A DNA stretch of 64,000 nucleotides from Selaginella moellendorffii (Eukaryota > Plantae > Lycopodiophyta), in NCBI RefSeq assembly GCF_000143415.4, contig NW_003314305.1:1460834-1524833 (forward strand), in the 5' to 3' direction. The notes under the pieces are model-generated. The model had not been told where the DNA came from. It searched no databases and saw only the letters and a program-made list of their open reading frames with translations. Shown piece after piece: positions 36,778-48,990 of the stretch. Made by a program: the position numbers and the translations under genes. The first letter of the stretch is position 1. Each line of letters begins with the position of its first letter.

Positions 36778-37783
36778 CAAGGGGTTCACTCGCCACCGGT
36801 TCATCTAGTGTTTATTTTCCAAGCTCGTTTTTATAACAAGAGGTCTCCTATTGTAGCACACATGAATTTGGAGCCAAACTCCAAGCCCGTTGCGCTACGA
36901 AACAAGGGTTCGGTACAATCCCATGAGCACCAGCTCCCCGTATCCAGCACCTACACGCAAAATGGTGTCAGACGGAGTCTGGCACCATTTTGGCATACCG
37001 GTGGCCTAACGCGAGGAGGAGGGTACTCCACCGACTAGAGTAGCATGGAGCTTAGGCTTAGACCCAAGCCAGATGCAGAACAAGGAGCGACACAGCCCAG
37101 CGGGAGCCAAACTAATATCTCAAGTGGTCGGACATGCATTCCAACCACTATCCCTACTATACATTTGGAACCCCACATAGCGCCCCCCCCCCCCCCCCCC
37201 TCTTGAGGAACACACGCTTTGGGCTTTCACCCCAAGCCTCCCTTAGTATCAGGAGTTAGTCTCTGGGACAAGCTCGAAACTTACTAAATATGGAATATGG
37301 AATGGCGCTAGATTGCGAATTTGGACACGGGACGAACACCAAGCCGATCTCTACATTCCGTAGATATGCCCAATGAGCTAATCTAAACACTTTCCATAAA
37401 TAGCACTTGGGACCGAAATGAGACTAACACAAAGGGCATGATAGTAAGGGTGTTTGGCAGACACGGTAAGCTATCATCTAGCGAATATTGAGGGACTAGT
37501 CTCAATATCGCGGGGGTTTTTGTCACTAGCAAGTGCAAGACAAACAAGACGGGAACTCCTTACTGGGCTAAGTATGCTTAGCTAATAGCACGTAGGAATT
37601 CCGTCTTTATACTTGTCTGGTCTAAGTACACTTGAAATGCCTAGTTAACTCCACTAGCACAAGAGGGGTTACTAAAGGGATCCAACTGTACCGATCTCCT
37701 GCTGTCATGGCAATAAGGAAAGAGTGTCCGTAAGGACTAGTCGACAAGTATCTTTCGATACCCGAAGTCACATTCGCGACACC
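36778..37783. mobile_element. About 1-kb insertion of unknown class between gag and protease
   Basis: Flanked by TATTAT on both sides (36772-36777, 37784-37789). Removing it joins the post-gag sequence to ILSVLVDIGSS. Confidence 0.55.
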
Positions 37784-40667
37784 TATTATTCTCTCCGTGT
37801 TGGTTGATATAGGTTCGAGTTTATCTTCTATTGCTCGACCTGTTGCCACATATTGTCGTCTACACTTGTGTCATGCAACGGACCCAATTTTTATTTTTTA
37901 TGGCAATGGCTGTACACATGCATGTGCACGAGATGAGGCAGACCTGGTTGTGTGTGTGGGCGATCTCAAGCTTGAGCTGCAGTTGTTGCAAGTGGTGCCG
38001 AGTCAAGCTTTTGACCTCATTCTTGGTATGGATTGGTTGCAGCACAATCATGCCAAATGTGACTTTGAGGCTTCTCCCCCCTGTCTCATACTTCCTTATG
38101 TTTCATCCATTCCTCTCACTTCCGTACCTCCTCGTCCCTTTACTTTTACCTTTGCTTCCATTACTTTTTTTCCCCCACTATTTCCTCCTGTGTTTCCATC
38201 TTGTTCTGCTCTTCCCTTTTCCAATCCCTCCAATGATCTTTGTGTTGTAACTGTTGACCGGCTCATGAATGAGTATTCTGATCTCTTTGAATTTGACTTA
38301 TCGTCTGGGGCCAAGATTGTCACACGTCATCCCATTCCAACCGGGGATGCTCGTCCAATCAAGGTTCCTGTTCGTCGACGGTCACCCAAGGAGATCAAGA
38401 TTTTACATGCAAACGTCAAGGAGATGTTGGAGAAGGGTGTTATTCGGAAGTCGCGGAGTCCTTAGACATGTGAACCTCATCTTGTGACGAAGCCTGATGG
38501 GAGTATTCATTTTGGCATCGACTATCGTCCGTTAAATGAAGTGACGATCCCGGATGTGTACCCTCTTCCTCACATTGCTGATCTCTTGGATCGTCTAGGG
38601 CGAAGTCGTTGGTTCACCAAGCTAGATCTTACTTCTGGGTATTGCCAAGTACCGATAGCCGAAGAAGATATTTCTAAAACTGCTTTTTGTACACCGTTTG
38701 GTTTATATGAGTTCTTGGTGATGCCGTTTGGTTTAAACAATGCTCCAGCAACTTTCCAACAAATGATGGATGAGGTTCTTTGTGATATGTCAGAGGTGAC
38801 TGCTGACTTCATTAATGATGTCTTGATTCAATTAGAGGGGACATGGGAGGAGCACATTCATGATGTGTGTAAAGTGTTGGATCAGCTACGGGACATTGGT
38901 TTAAAGCTGAAGTGGTCGAAGTGCGTGTTTGGGTCTAAGGACACCACTTATCTTGGGTACTATATTTCTTGTGAGGGTTTGCAAGTTGATCTTGACAAAC
39001 TTATACCCATTCTAAAGTTCCATACTTTGAAGTGTGTGAATGATGTGCAGTGCTTCCTAGGCAAGGTGCAGTATCTCGGTCATTTTGTGAATCATCTTTC
39101 TGATCGCACTGCACCATTGCAAGCGTTGCTGAAGTCATCAACATCATCTTTCATCTGGTCTTCAGATTGTGAGCGGGCGTTTGTGGATCTCAAAGAGCTG
39201 TTGACGACTCCTCCGGTTTTGGCATATCCTGACTACACTCGACTTTGGTCTTGGAGGTGTGTTAATGCAAGAAAGCCCGAGTGTGCCTGGTCAGCGTCAT
39301 CCCATTGCATATATAAGCCATACGTTACAACTAGCAGAAGTGAACTACTGCACGATAGAGAATGAGTGTTTAGCCACAGTTTGGGGTTTCGAGAAACTTC
39401 ATGCATATCTACACGGTTCTCGAACGTTATTTGAAGGTGACCATGCTACCATTACTTCATTATTGAAGTGGAAGAATCTGGTTGGTCGTACTACTCAGTG
39501 GGCTTTGAAGCTTTAGATATATGATTTTGATGTTGTTCATCGCCCAGGGAGTTCTATGGCTGATGCTAATGCCCTTTCTCGAGCTCCTCTTCCTTCTCCA
39601 CTCTCTTCTCATGTTTCTGATAAGCCTATTGTTCCAGCATTTGTGGATTTTCTAGATGAGGATTCTGTGCCGTCGATGATTGCTATACTTGACATTCAGT
39701 GTCCACAAGGCGCAAAGCAAGATCTACCTTCTCTTGATGAGGTTCATGAGGCTCAAAAGATTGAGCCGTGAATTCAAAGGCTTCGAGATGCATTTGAGAA
39801 TCCTGCATCACTTGCTGATGACTTGCCTTTCCGGCATTTACATTCTCAATATCGCCTTAAAGGTGGCCTTCTTTATTTTGTGCGAACAGATCCTGGTGAT
39901 CATTTACGGCTGGTGGTGCCTTTAGTCTTTATTCCATGGTTTCTCCATGCGTACCATGATTCTTGTTTTAGGTGGGCATATGGGACATCGTTGTGTGACC
40001 GAGAAGCTGCGCAGATTTTTCTATTGGCCGGAGATGCGACGTGATGTTATCCGGTATGTGCGTAGCTGCGTTTGGTGCCAAGCTCGTAATACTCCCCCTT
40101 GTGCTACAGAAGGACGGTTGGAGTCAATTGTAGTTTCTTGTCTGTTTGAGTTGGTGGTGTTTGATCTTATGGGACCTTTTCCACGGTCGACTGTTGGCAA
40201 TGAGTATGTTATTATTGCTTCTGACTACTTGACTCATTGGGTGGAAGTTGGTGCTCTTGTTAGCGCCTCTGCAACTGCTGTTGGATACTTCCTCCTCAAT
40301 TGAGTGGTGTTCCAGCATTCTTGTCCAGAGCGGATTCTTTCGGATAATGGTCCTGCATTTATGGTTGAGGCATTCTATGTTTTGATGTCTCGGTTGAGGA
40401 TACGCTACACTTTCACGAGTGCTTATCATCCACAATCAAACAGTTTGGTGGAATGGCTCGTTCAAACATTCAAAGGGATGATTGCGAAATATGTGAACTT
40501 TCAGCATTCGGATTGGGATGGTTATTTGCCGTCTTTTCGGTATACCTATGTCATAAGGGTGCAGAGTTCTATTGGTGCTTCACCATATAAACTTCTATAT
40601 GGTTATGATCTAATATTACCAACGAAGTTGGTTTACCTTTGCGATTGCCACGAGCTCTCAATGCTAG

Positions 40668-40767
40668 NNNNNNNNNNNNNNNNNNNNNNNNNNNNNNNNN
40701 NNNNNNNNNNNNNNNNNNNNNNNNNNNNNNNNNNNNNNNNNNNNNNNNNNNNNNNNNNNNNNNNNNN
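40668..40767. other. Assembly gap (100 N)
   Basis: N run. Confidence 1.
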
Positions 40768-41400
<633 letters not shown>

Positions 41401-41540
41401 AGTATATACTCTACACCCTAAAAAATTTATAAAAAAAAAAACTAAAACCGGTTCATTTCATTTCAATAAACTGTGAAATGAGTATATTAGTATCATTTTC
41501 AACTTGCTTTTGAAGATTGTTGCAAGGAATCACAATATTG

Positions 41541-41585
41541 CAAGGTGTAAGGATTCTAGTCCTTACACCTTGTGTGCCAACCTAG
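41541..41585 (+). mobile_element. Candidate Helitron 3' terminus
   Basis: Hairpin CAAGGTGTAAGGA-ttctag-TCCTTACACCTTG ends 9 nt before CTAG, which is followed by T. Confidence 0.5.
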
Positions 41586-42952
41586 TATTAAGAGGTTTTT
41601 TTTTCTGAAAACACTAACAGCACTACAGCAATGCAAAAAATTGTGCTTAAAACAAACCTCATTGTGAGAGCTAAAAAGGTTGTTGTGGGAACAATAATCT
41701 GAACTGGTTCCAACTTATTTTTTCATACAATAGTGAAGTGTTATGTAGATTAGCAAGACTTCAGTATAAATATCAAACAACAGAACTATAAAGTTAAAGC
41801 ACATTGCAAAGCATGGAGGTTGTGGAGGTTAGCAGTACCTTTCAGTTCTTCATTGCCCACCAATAGCATTTATCCATTCAGTTGCACAGACACATGCCCT
41901 AAAATGAGGCTCACAGAGAATATACTTACACATGAAAGAATATAATCATATGTTATAGTATTATAATTATTTTTGTAACACTAAATATTAATTAATTAAA
42001 ACTTAAATTTAATAAATTACCACTTATTAGGTAACACAACAATTTAATGATGTGGCAACCTAAGAAAAAGTTAGCTTTTTTCGTACTCATTCAATCCAAT
42101 AGCTATGGTGCGTAAAGCTGAAGCATCATCATCAAACCCAAGTGACACAAGTGCAAAGAATGCTCAATTCTAGTCAAGCTTTACTTCTAATGTTAAAAGA
42201 AAACTTTGTGACTTAAAAGATAATAAAGTTGTTCAAAAGAAGTTTAAATTCAGCAATGAAAGGTTTTTTTTTTTTTCTCTCATTTTAATTCATTCATTAC
42301 AATTTTCTTATAGGAGATATGTCCCTAATGACAGGTCATGTAAAAAGTTGAGCTGCTTGGGTGTTCACCCACAAAAATTCATTTACAGATTTAACTCAAT
42401 TGGAGAAATAAACACATTCATTGCACAAAAGAAAGAAGAACTAAGCATTTAGAAAGAGCAACATAAACTCCAACCACTTTCAGGTACTATAATGCTTAAA
42501 ACAATAAACACTAATTTTTATTTATTGTAGGCTTTGCAAAACTCATATAGGATAAACTTGGAGTGGAGTATAAAAAGGATGCAATTTGCAAAGCCACTAG
42601 ACCAAATACTAACATTCCAGATTATGTTTTAATGATGCTACACATTAGATATGGGATGCCAATAGAAATATGTTCAAAACAAGAGTCAATTTTTGTTCAA
42701 AAGCTTCTTGACATGCTTATGAAGGCATGTAAGAACACTCATTAAAGTCCAGAAAATCCAATGACTTACAACAAGCTACTATTCTAAATAGATCTTGCAT
42801 TTGCTTTTGAGAAATATAATATAATGAATCCATATGAAACTAACCAAAATTGGATTCTAACTATTATGCAATTTGTAGAGCACCATATTTTAAACAGTTT
42901 AAATTATTTTTCATTAGTTTATTCTATAAATCTTTAAATCAAAAAATTAAAA

Positions 42953-43240
42953 AAAAAAACAACATTTGCCCAACTGACCAATATTGTGACTATTTTGTTT
43001 GCCTGCCCACTGAGGTGTAAACAAGCTAGCCCTCAATTTGTATAATTTAAAATATTTAAATAGATAGAACTTAGAAAAGTAAAAAACAACAAGCAACTTA
43101 ATTCTTTTTCACTAGTTTATTTTACAAATTTTTAATCAACAAATTTTAAAAAACAACATTTGCCCAACTGACTAATGTTGTGACTATTGTGCTTACTTGC
43201 CCACTGGCATGTAAACAAGCTAGCCTCTAATTTGTAAAAT
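42953..43240. repeat. Two degenerate direct copies of a unit of about 90 bp, spaced about 195 bp apart
   Basis: aaaacaacatttgcccaactgac..gcccactg..tgtaaacaagctagcc occurs twice. Confidence 0.7.
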
Positions 43241-43780
43241 CCAAAAGATTGAAATAGAAAGAACTTAAAAAAAGAAACTAAAATAAACACTATCAACCTA
43301 TTCCAAAACCCTGACATACAAACATATATATACCCTCACAAAAAAAACTAAAAATATATGCATCCTTATCAGTAATTCAAAGAATATACTTCTTTTTAAC
43401 AATCAGACCTTATTTTGGAAAATATTAACCAAGAAAAAAAAGAAAACACCTAACCTCTTCCCATGGTCTTTCTTGACAATAAATTATGATCCTATGATTA
43501 TGCCTTGGGTCATGACATAAGAGTAATGCTTGTGACATGTCATAATGATGTAATAAGTTTGTGCAATGCAATTTTTTTTGTAATACTCTTTCATTATTTT
43601 TTTCAATTATCTTCAAGTTTAAAAGACAAATGCAACATTGGGTCACAAGGGTTTACAGTTTCTGGAGGCAGCTCTTATATAAAATGTATTCTTGAAAAGT
43701 GAAACTGCAGTTTCTAAAATATATATATTAGAATGTTAAAAGGTAAAGCTATTAGCGATTAAACTTAAACATTTTTATAT

Positions 43781-44202
43781 AAACTGAACCTGGTTGCATG
43801 GAAGTTAAGCAGCAAATCGTTCTTCTCCTCAGAGGCCAAACTAGAGCAGCTGTTGCTACTGCTCATAATTTTCATCAGCTTTGTGAAGCATGAGCCTGTT
43901 GGACCCTGGATCCCATGCTGAACTGTGTGTTTGATGTGTCGTCAATGCAGTTGTCGGCAATTGTGTACCACGCCACTAACTTACCAATGTCTGAGACGCG
44001 TTCCTTGAGTCCATATGGATTCATCACACATGCCACGAGAGCGTACTTCTCATTTACCAGCATCTGCTTCTGGAGCTTCGTCTCTGGATGAGCGCATTGA
44101 AGAGCCCAAGCGTCCGATCTCATCATAGGCCAGGTGGTTTTTTGAGAGGGAAGGAACAGCACACCTTCGATAAAACTCCCTGATGGGCTGCTGATGAGCC
44201 AT
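43781..44202 (-). pseudogene. Microbial terpene synthase-like (MTPSL) 5' fragment, copy 1
   Basis: MAHQQPIREFY..., NEKYALVACVMNPYG, WYTIADNCIDD; frameshifted and 3'-truncated relative to the 53.4-54.7 kb copy. Confidence 0.8.
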
Positions 44203-46084
44203 TTTGCAAAACACAAATGTAAGAAAGAACTGAAGCAAAGAATGATACCTCTGCCTCCAACTTATATACACTAACAAGTTGTTCGTATTCAAGGTAATCA
44301 GAATTATTAATTTCAAGAAGTCTAACAGTAACAGATAACTAGCACTGATCTTCCAAGCATATGTATCTCAAACGATCGTGAAAAACAAGATTTTTCTATG
44401 AGGCCTTTTGAATGGTTGAGGTCATGACGGGCTGATGGAGCATTGTTGAGTCAACAGTGTTTTTGTCAAAAGACGACCTTGATAATTGGCGTTGTCCAGG
44501 AGTCTTTGCTCAACCAAGTTTGCCGCTGTTTTTCTAGCAGTTGTTTAGCTTAGTGAAGAATGATAATTCTATGAACCAATGCTAATCAACAATGAGAATA
44601 CTAACAAGTCGTTAGTATTCAACGTTCAGAATTACTAGTTGCAACCATTCCAAGCACATGCAATTTCGACAAAAGATTGGAAGTCTTCACCAACCTAACA
44701 GTAACAGATGACTTGATACATGAAAAACACGTTATGACTGTTGACTCAACAATGCGCCCGTCATGACCTCAAAGGACTCAGAACAAAATCTTCTCAAAGG
44801 ATGACATTGACAACTTTTATTCTAGGCTTGCAGAGATCAATCCATTGGGTTCGAGAGTCATTATATTGGTAGATTCATGTCATGCTCATTCTAGAAGAGT
44901 GTGTTCTTTAGGGCCATCAGGGCCAAGCATATTCTTTAAATATTCAGTCAGACATTAGAATATTCTGTTTTGATGTGGTGATATAAAAAGTATATTCTCA
45001 CAATAGAGTGCTTTTTTTCATTTCAGGTGATTATGTCTTGGGTTGGGTCTTTGTCATGACTTTGTCCTTTGTCAAGTATAAGAGTAGTTTTTGTGACAAT
45101 GTCATAATGTAAGTCTGTGCAATGCAAATTGTTCGCTGTAATACTCTTTCACCTTTTTTTCTGACTTCCTTCTCAAGTTTAAAAGATAAATGCAACAATG
45201 GTCACTCACTGGAAGTATCCTAACTGTATTCAATAAAAAATGTATTCTTGGAAAAGGAAACAACTCCTTTATGTACTTAAACATTTTTAAATAATTGATA
45301 TGTTGTATGATTTATATTCTCTTTTAGCTATAGTCTACTTATATGTTTTGGTTGATATTTGTTTAAATTGAAATCCGCATTGCACATGGTGAGAGTGATG
45401 GATGTCTTGCTGATCAGGAGTTTCCTAGGGGACCACGATACACGAGCCTTGCCAAGTACACGAGCAATGAGGAAGATGAACCTCCAGATGGTGATTGGAG
45501 GCAAGAGAAACTGAAGCTGCAGAAAGCTGAGGAGAAAGAAGCAATGCTGAAAAGCAAATGCTAAAGATGTAGAAGAAACCCTGCAAAGGCCTAGAGGTGA
45601 TGGCAGAGTAGACTTGATCTTTTCCCTGTTTTTCAGATGCACAAAGAGCGGTGAGAATGCCAATGGAGTGGCAGAGATGTGAGATTGGCAATCGTAGTTT
45701 ATGTCACTGAGGGTGTGTGGCAGAAAAGAAGCCTGATCATGAGGCTGAGATGCAGAAGCCTGAACATAAGGCTGACCTGCAAAAGCCTGAACATGAGGCT
45801 GTGATCCAGAAAGCCTTAGCATGGGCTTGGAAGAATGGCGATTGACCAGAAGATCATGGGGAGTTCTTGATGGAGAACAAGTGCATTTCCTGATCTAGTA
45901 GAGATTAGAGAAGATCTTGTTGTTCGCTGGGGGAGTGTTGGAGCATCACTCTTGCCAACTCACATGGCCATATCATCTGCCAGCTAGGTCTAGGGTTGTG
46001 TCTGTTCGTTTCTGTACAAATACCTGAGAGCAATGAAGCGCTGAGTACTTCCGCTGTGATTCTCTGATTTCTATCACTCTGGGT

Positions 46085-47418
46085 TTTCCCCTCTCCAAGG
46101 ATTCCCAGTGCTGCAGCTGGAGCTGGGTCCAGTATAGTGGCATCCGGAGGATACCGTGGTACTGTTTGGGCGGTGATCAGTTTCATGCTTTATTTTGTTA
46201 AAGTGGAACTTTTCATTATCCCACTTATGGTGTGTGGCCATATGCCATTTTTATAACAACAATAAAAAATTGAAGTTTTAGCTTTATAATTTATAAATTA
46301 AAAACTTTTCATATGATTTTGTGTTATAATATTGTGAAATATAAAAAATAAATTAAAAAACTGATAGAAATATTAATAAATATTAATTAAGTACTAGGAA
46401 ATGACATATGGACACATGCTAATTAATGTCCCACTTTACTGAATAAATTCCACTTTAACAAAATAAAGCATTTTCTACCATGGTAGCGTTCCGTGCTCCA
46501 CGTCCAGTGCATGTTCCCCACCATATGAGCCCCCAGAAGGGGTGAGCTGGAGCTCCTTGACCTCAGGCCACTCACTTATCTCACTGTAGAGCTCCATGAA
46601 CTCGTCATTCATGGCTGAAATCATGTCACATGCTTCGAACATTGCTTCCTGGAAAGAACACCCCCTATTCACACAGATCACCCACTCGTAGCTCCCCTGC
46701 ATGTATTCCATCCGGAGCGATCCAATGTCGTTCGGCCAGGCCCCGAAGTGACTCCATCGCACACATCTGCAGGCGCTGGAACTTGGGATTATTGAGCAGG
46801 CTGTCTGGAAGCTCCATGTTGAGGGTGTACTCGAGCAGCACCAGCAGAGGCAAAGCGGCAACCGAGGCCCTCCTTTGCTCGATTTATTCTTCCAAGCTCG
46901 ATACCGGTCTTTCTTTGTTCTTACCTTTACGTTGAAGTTGCTTCATGTTGGCTGCACACGTCTGCTTTACTGTGTCCGCAAATCTTTCCTGCTGCTTCAC
47001 CGTCATTCCCCTACGGAAACTCTTCCACAATTCTGCGAAGAAGAAACTGAACCTGGTTGCATGGGAGTTAAGCACCACATCGTTCTCCTCAGATGCCAAA
47101 CTAGAGCTGCTGTTGCTACTGCTCATAATTTTTATCAGCTTCGTGAAGAAGTCATGAGCCTGTTGGACGCCACGCCACGAACTTACCAATGTCCGAGACG
47201 CGTTCCTTGAGTCCATATGGATTCATCACACACGCCAGGAGAGCGTACTTCTCATTTACCAGCATCTGCTTCTGGAGCTTCGACTCTGGACGAGCGCATT
47301 GAAGAGCCCAAGCGTTCACTGATTTCGTGATTTCGTCGTAGGCTGGGTGGTTTTTGAGAGGAAAGGAACAGCGCACCTTCGGAAGATAAAACTCCCTGAT
47401 GGGCTGCCGATGAGCCAT
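46085..47418 (-). pseudogene. MTPSL pseudogene, copy 2 (Asp-rich motif deleted, stop at 46884, MITE insertion)
   Basis: Aligns to the 53.4-54.7 kb copy; retains NDIGSLRME. Confidence 0.85.
46185..46471. mobile_element. 287-bp MITE with perfect 24-bp TIRs and a 4-bp TSD (TTTC)
   Basis: ATGCTTTATTTTGTTAAAGTGGAA ... TTCCACTTTAACAAAATAAAGCAT. The paralogous empty site near 53660 has a single TTTC. Confidence 0.93.
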
Positions 47419-48990
47419 TTTGCAAAACACAAATGTAAGAGAGAACAGAAGTGAAGAATGATAATTTCTAAGGACCTCTGCCTCCAACTTATATCCAATG
47501 TTAATCAACAAGTCGTTAGTATAATCCATGGTAATCATAATTATTAGTAACAACCATTCCAAGCATATGCAAATTTGAGTAAAGCCTCGAAGTCTTCACC
47601 AACCTAACAGTCACAGATGACTAGTAATCTTCCAAGCATATGTATCTCAAACGATACGTGGAAAAAAACGTTAGCTCGTCATGACCTCCTCGAGTCAAAA
47701 AACGACCTTGACACTGGGAGTCCTTGCTGTTCCAAGTAACAGGCTTTGTTTTCATTCTTTTCTCCATCCATATTTCGGCCTGATTTTGCCACTGTTTTTC
47801 TAGCAGTCGTTTGTCTGATGCTCCCACGTCTTCACAGCTCCGGACCTCCTCAAGAGATGACAGAGTGACATCAATCCATCAAGAGCCATTACATTGGTTT
47901 CTTTGTCATGCTCACCGGAGTGGACCTCCTTATTCTAGAACATTGCAACAAATTTTACAAGTTAGTCATAAAGTCCCAAAACAGATGATTATCTTTCTGG
48001 CTTTTGAAACTGTATCTGCAAAGTTCTTGGGCCAAATAACTAGATGCATAAATGACAAAGTTAATAACTTTTAAAGTTTGTTGCTTATTAGGCTAGAAGT
48101 AAAAGTTGTTGCCTATTTATGTTAAAACACCACACCAAATTAAATAGATGGTCTGTGATTGATCGCTAACCCGAGGATGAAAAATGGATGGCCATACTGC
48201 ATAAATTAATTTATATTTAGCATTTAAAACTCCCTAAGCCATACATACCAAACATGAAAATTCTATAAAAAATTATGCAGTAGCTAATTAATATATAACT
48301 TTGAGTGATAGTTTGTGTACTACTGTACTACTGATCAAAATTGTAAATTTTTAACTTAACATGTACACTTGTATCAATTTACTCAGATTCTACAATGCAC
48401 ATGCTATGATGTTAGTTAATTATAAAGCTTTTAACAAGTAAAAGAAATCATATGATATAAATTATATTTAATATTAGAATGTATAAAAGGGCAATGTTTA
48501 ATGGCAAAAAACTAGGCTTTAAGTGCTTTGAATCAGAAACATTATTGTCTGCAGCTCTTAAACATATAAGAAGAGCTTTGTGGTGACAACTATGTATATA
48601 ACATCTGTTAAAATAACATATTTTATGAATATTATATAAAGAATATGCTAATCAAAACTTTATAAGTATGCCTTTTAATTTTTTAGATTAATTTTCTAAA
48701 ACATTTTATACTTTCATTTAAACCCTTAACACATCTCACCTTATTCAAATTTAAGTTTAAATTAAATTAAATAATGTTCTACCTCAAGTGTCAACAATGA
48801 CTCAACAATGATCTTTTGAATTGGACCACATAATGAGGTCCCAGCTATGAAGAATGTGACAAATTAACACTATTTTAATATTTGTACACAAAAACTGTCA
48901 CCATAACCTTTTTGACTTCGTTGTGATCTTTCCATTCGTATAGACTAGAGAGAAGTATAAGCTGCTCGCTGCAATGAATTTGTTCAGACG

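Larger units (their letters stand above)
33545..40667 (+). mobile_element. Decayed Ty3/gypsy LTR retrotransposon: candidate 174-bp 5' LTR at 33545-33718, gag 35786-36718, PR-RT-RH-INT 37790-40667; truncated by an assembly gap
   Basis: Gag PMEVD and a degenerate knuckle CWACDEVGH; protease LVDIGSS; RT IDYRPLN..PFGLYEFLVMPFGLNNAPATFQ; RNase H; integrase SDNGPAF..TSAYHPQSN, in gypsy order, with many stops. LTR termini TGTGAGGGC..GCACTCACA are followed by a PBS-like TAGTGGAGGTGAGGGG. Confidence 0.9.
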
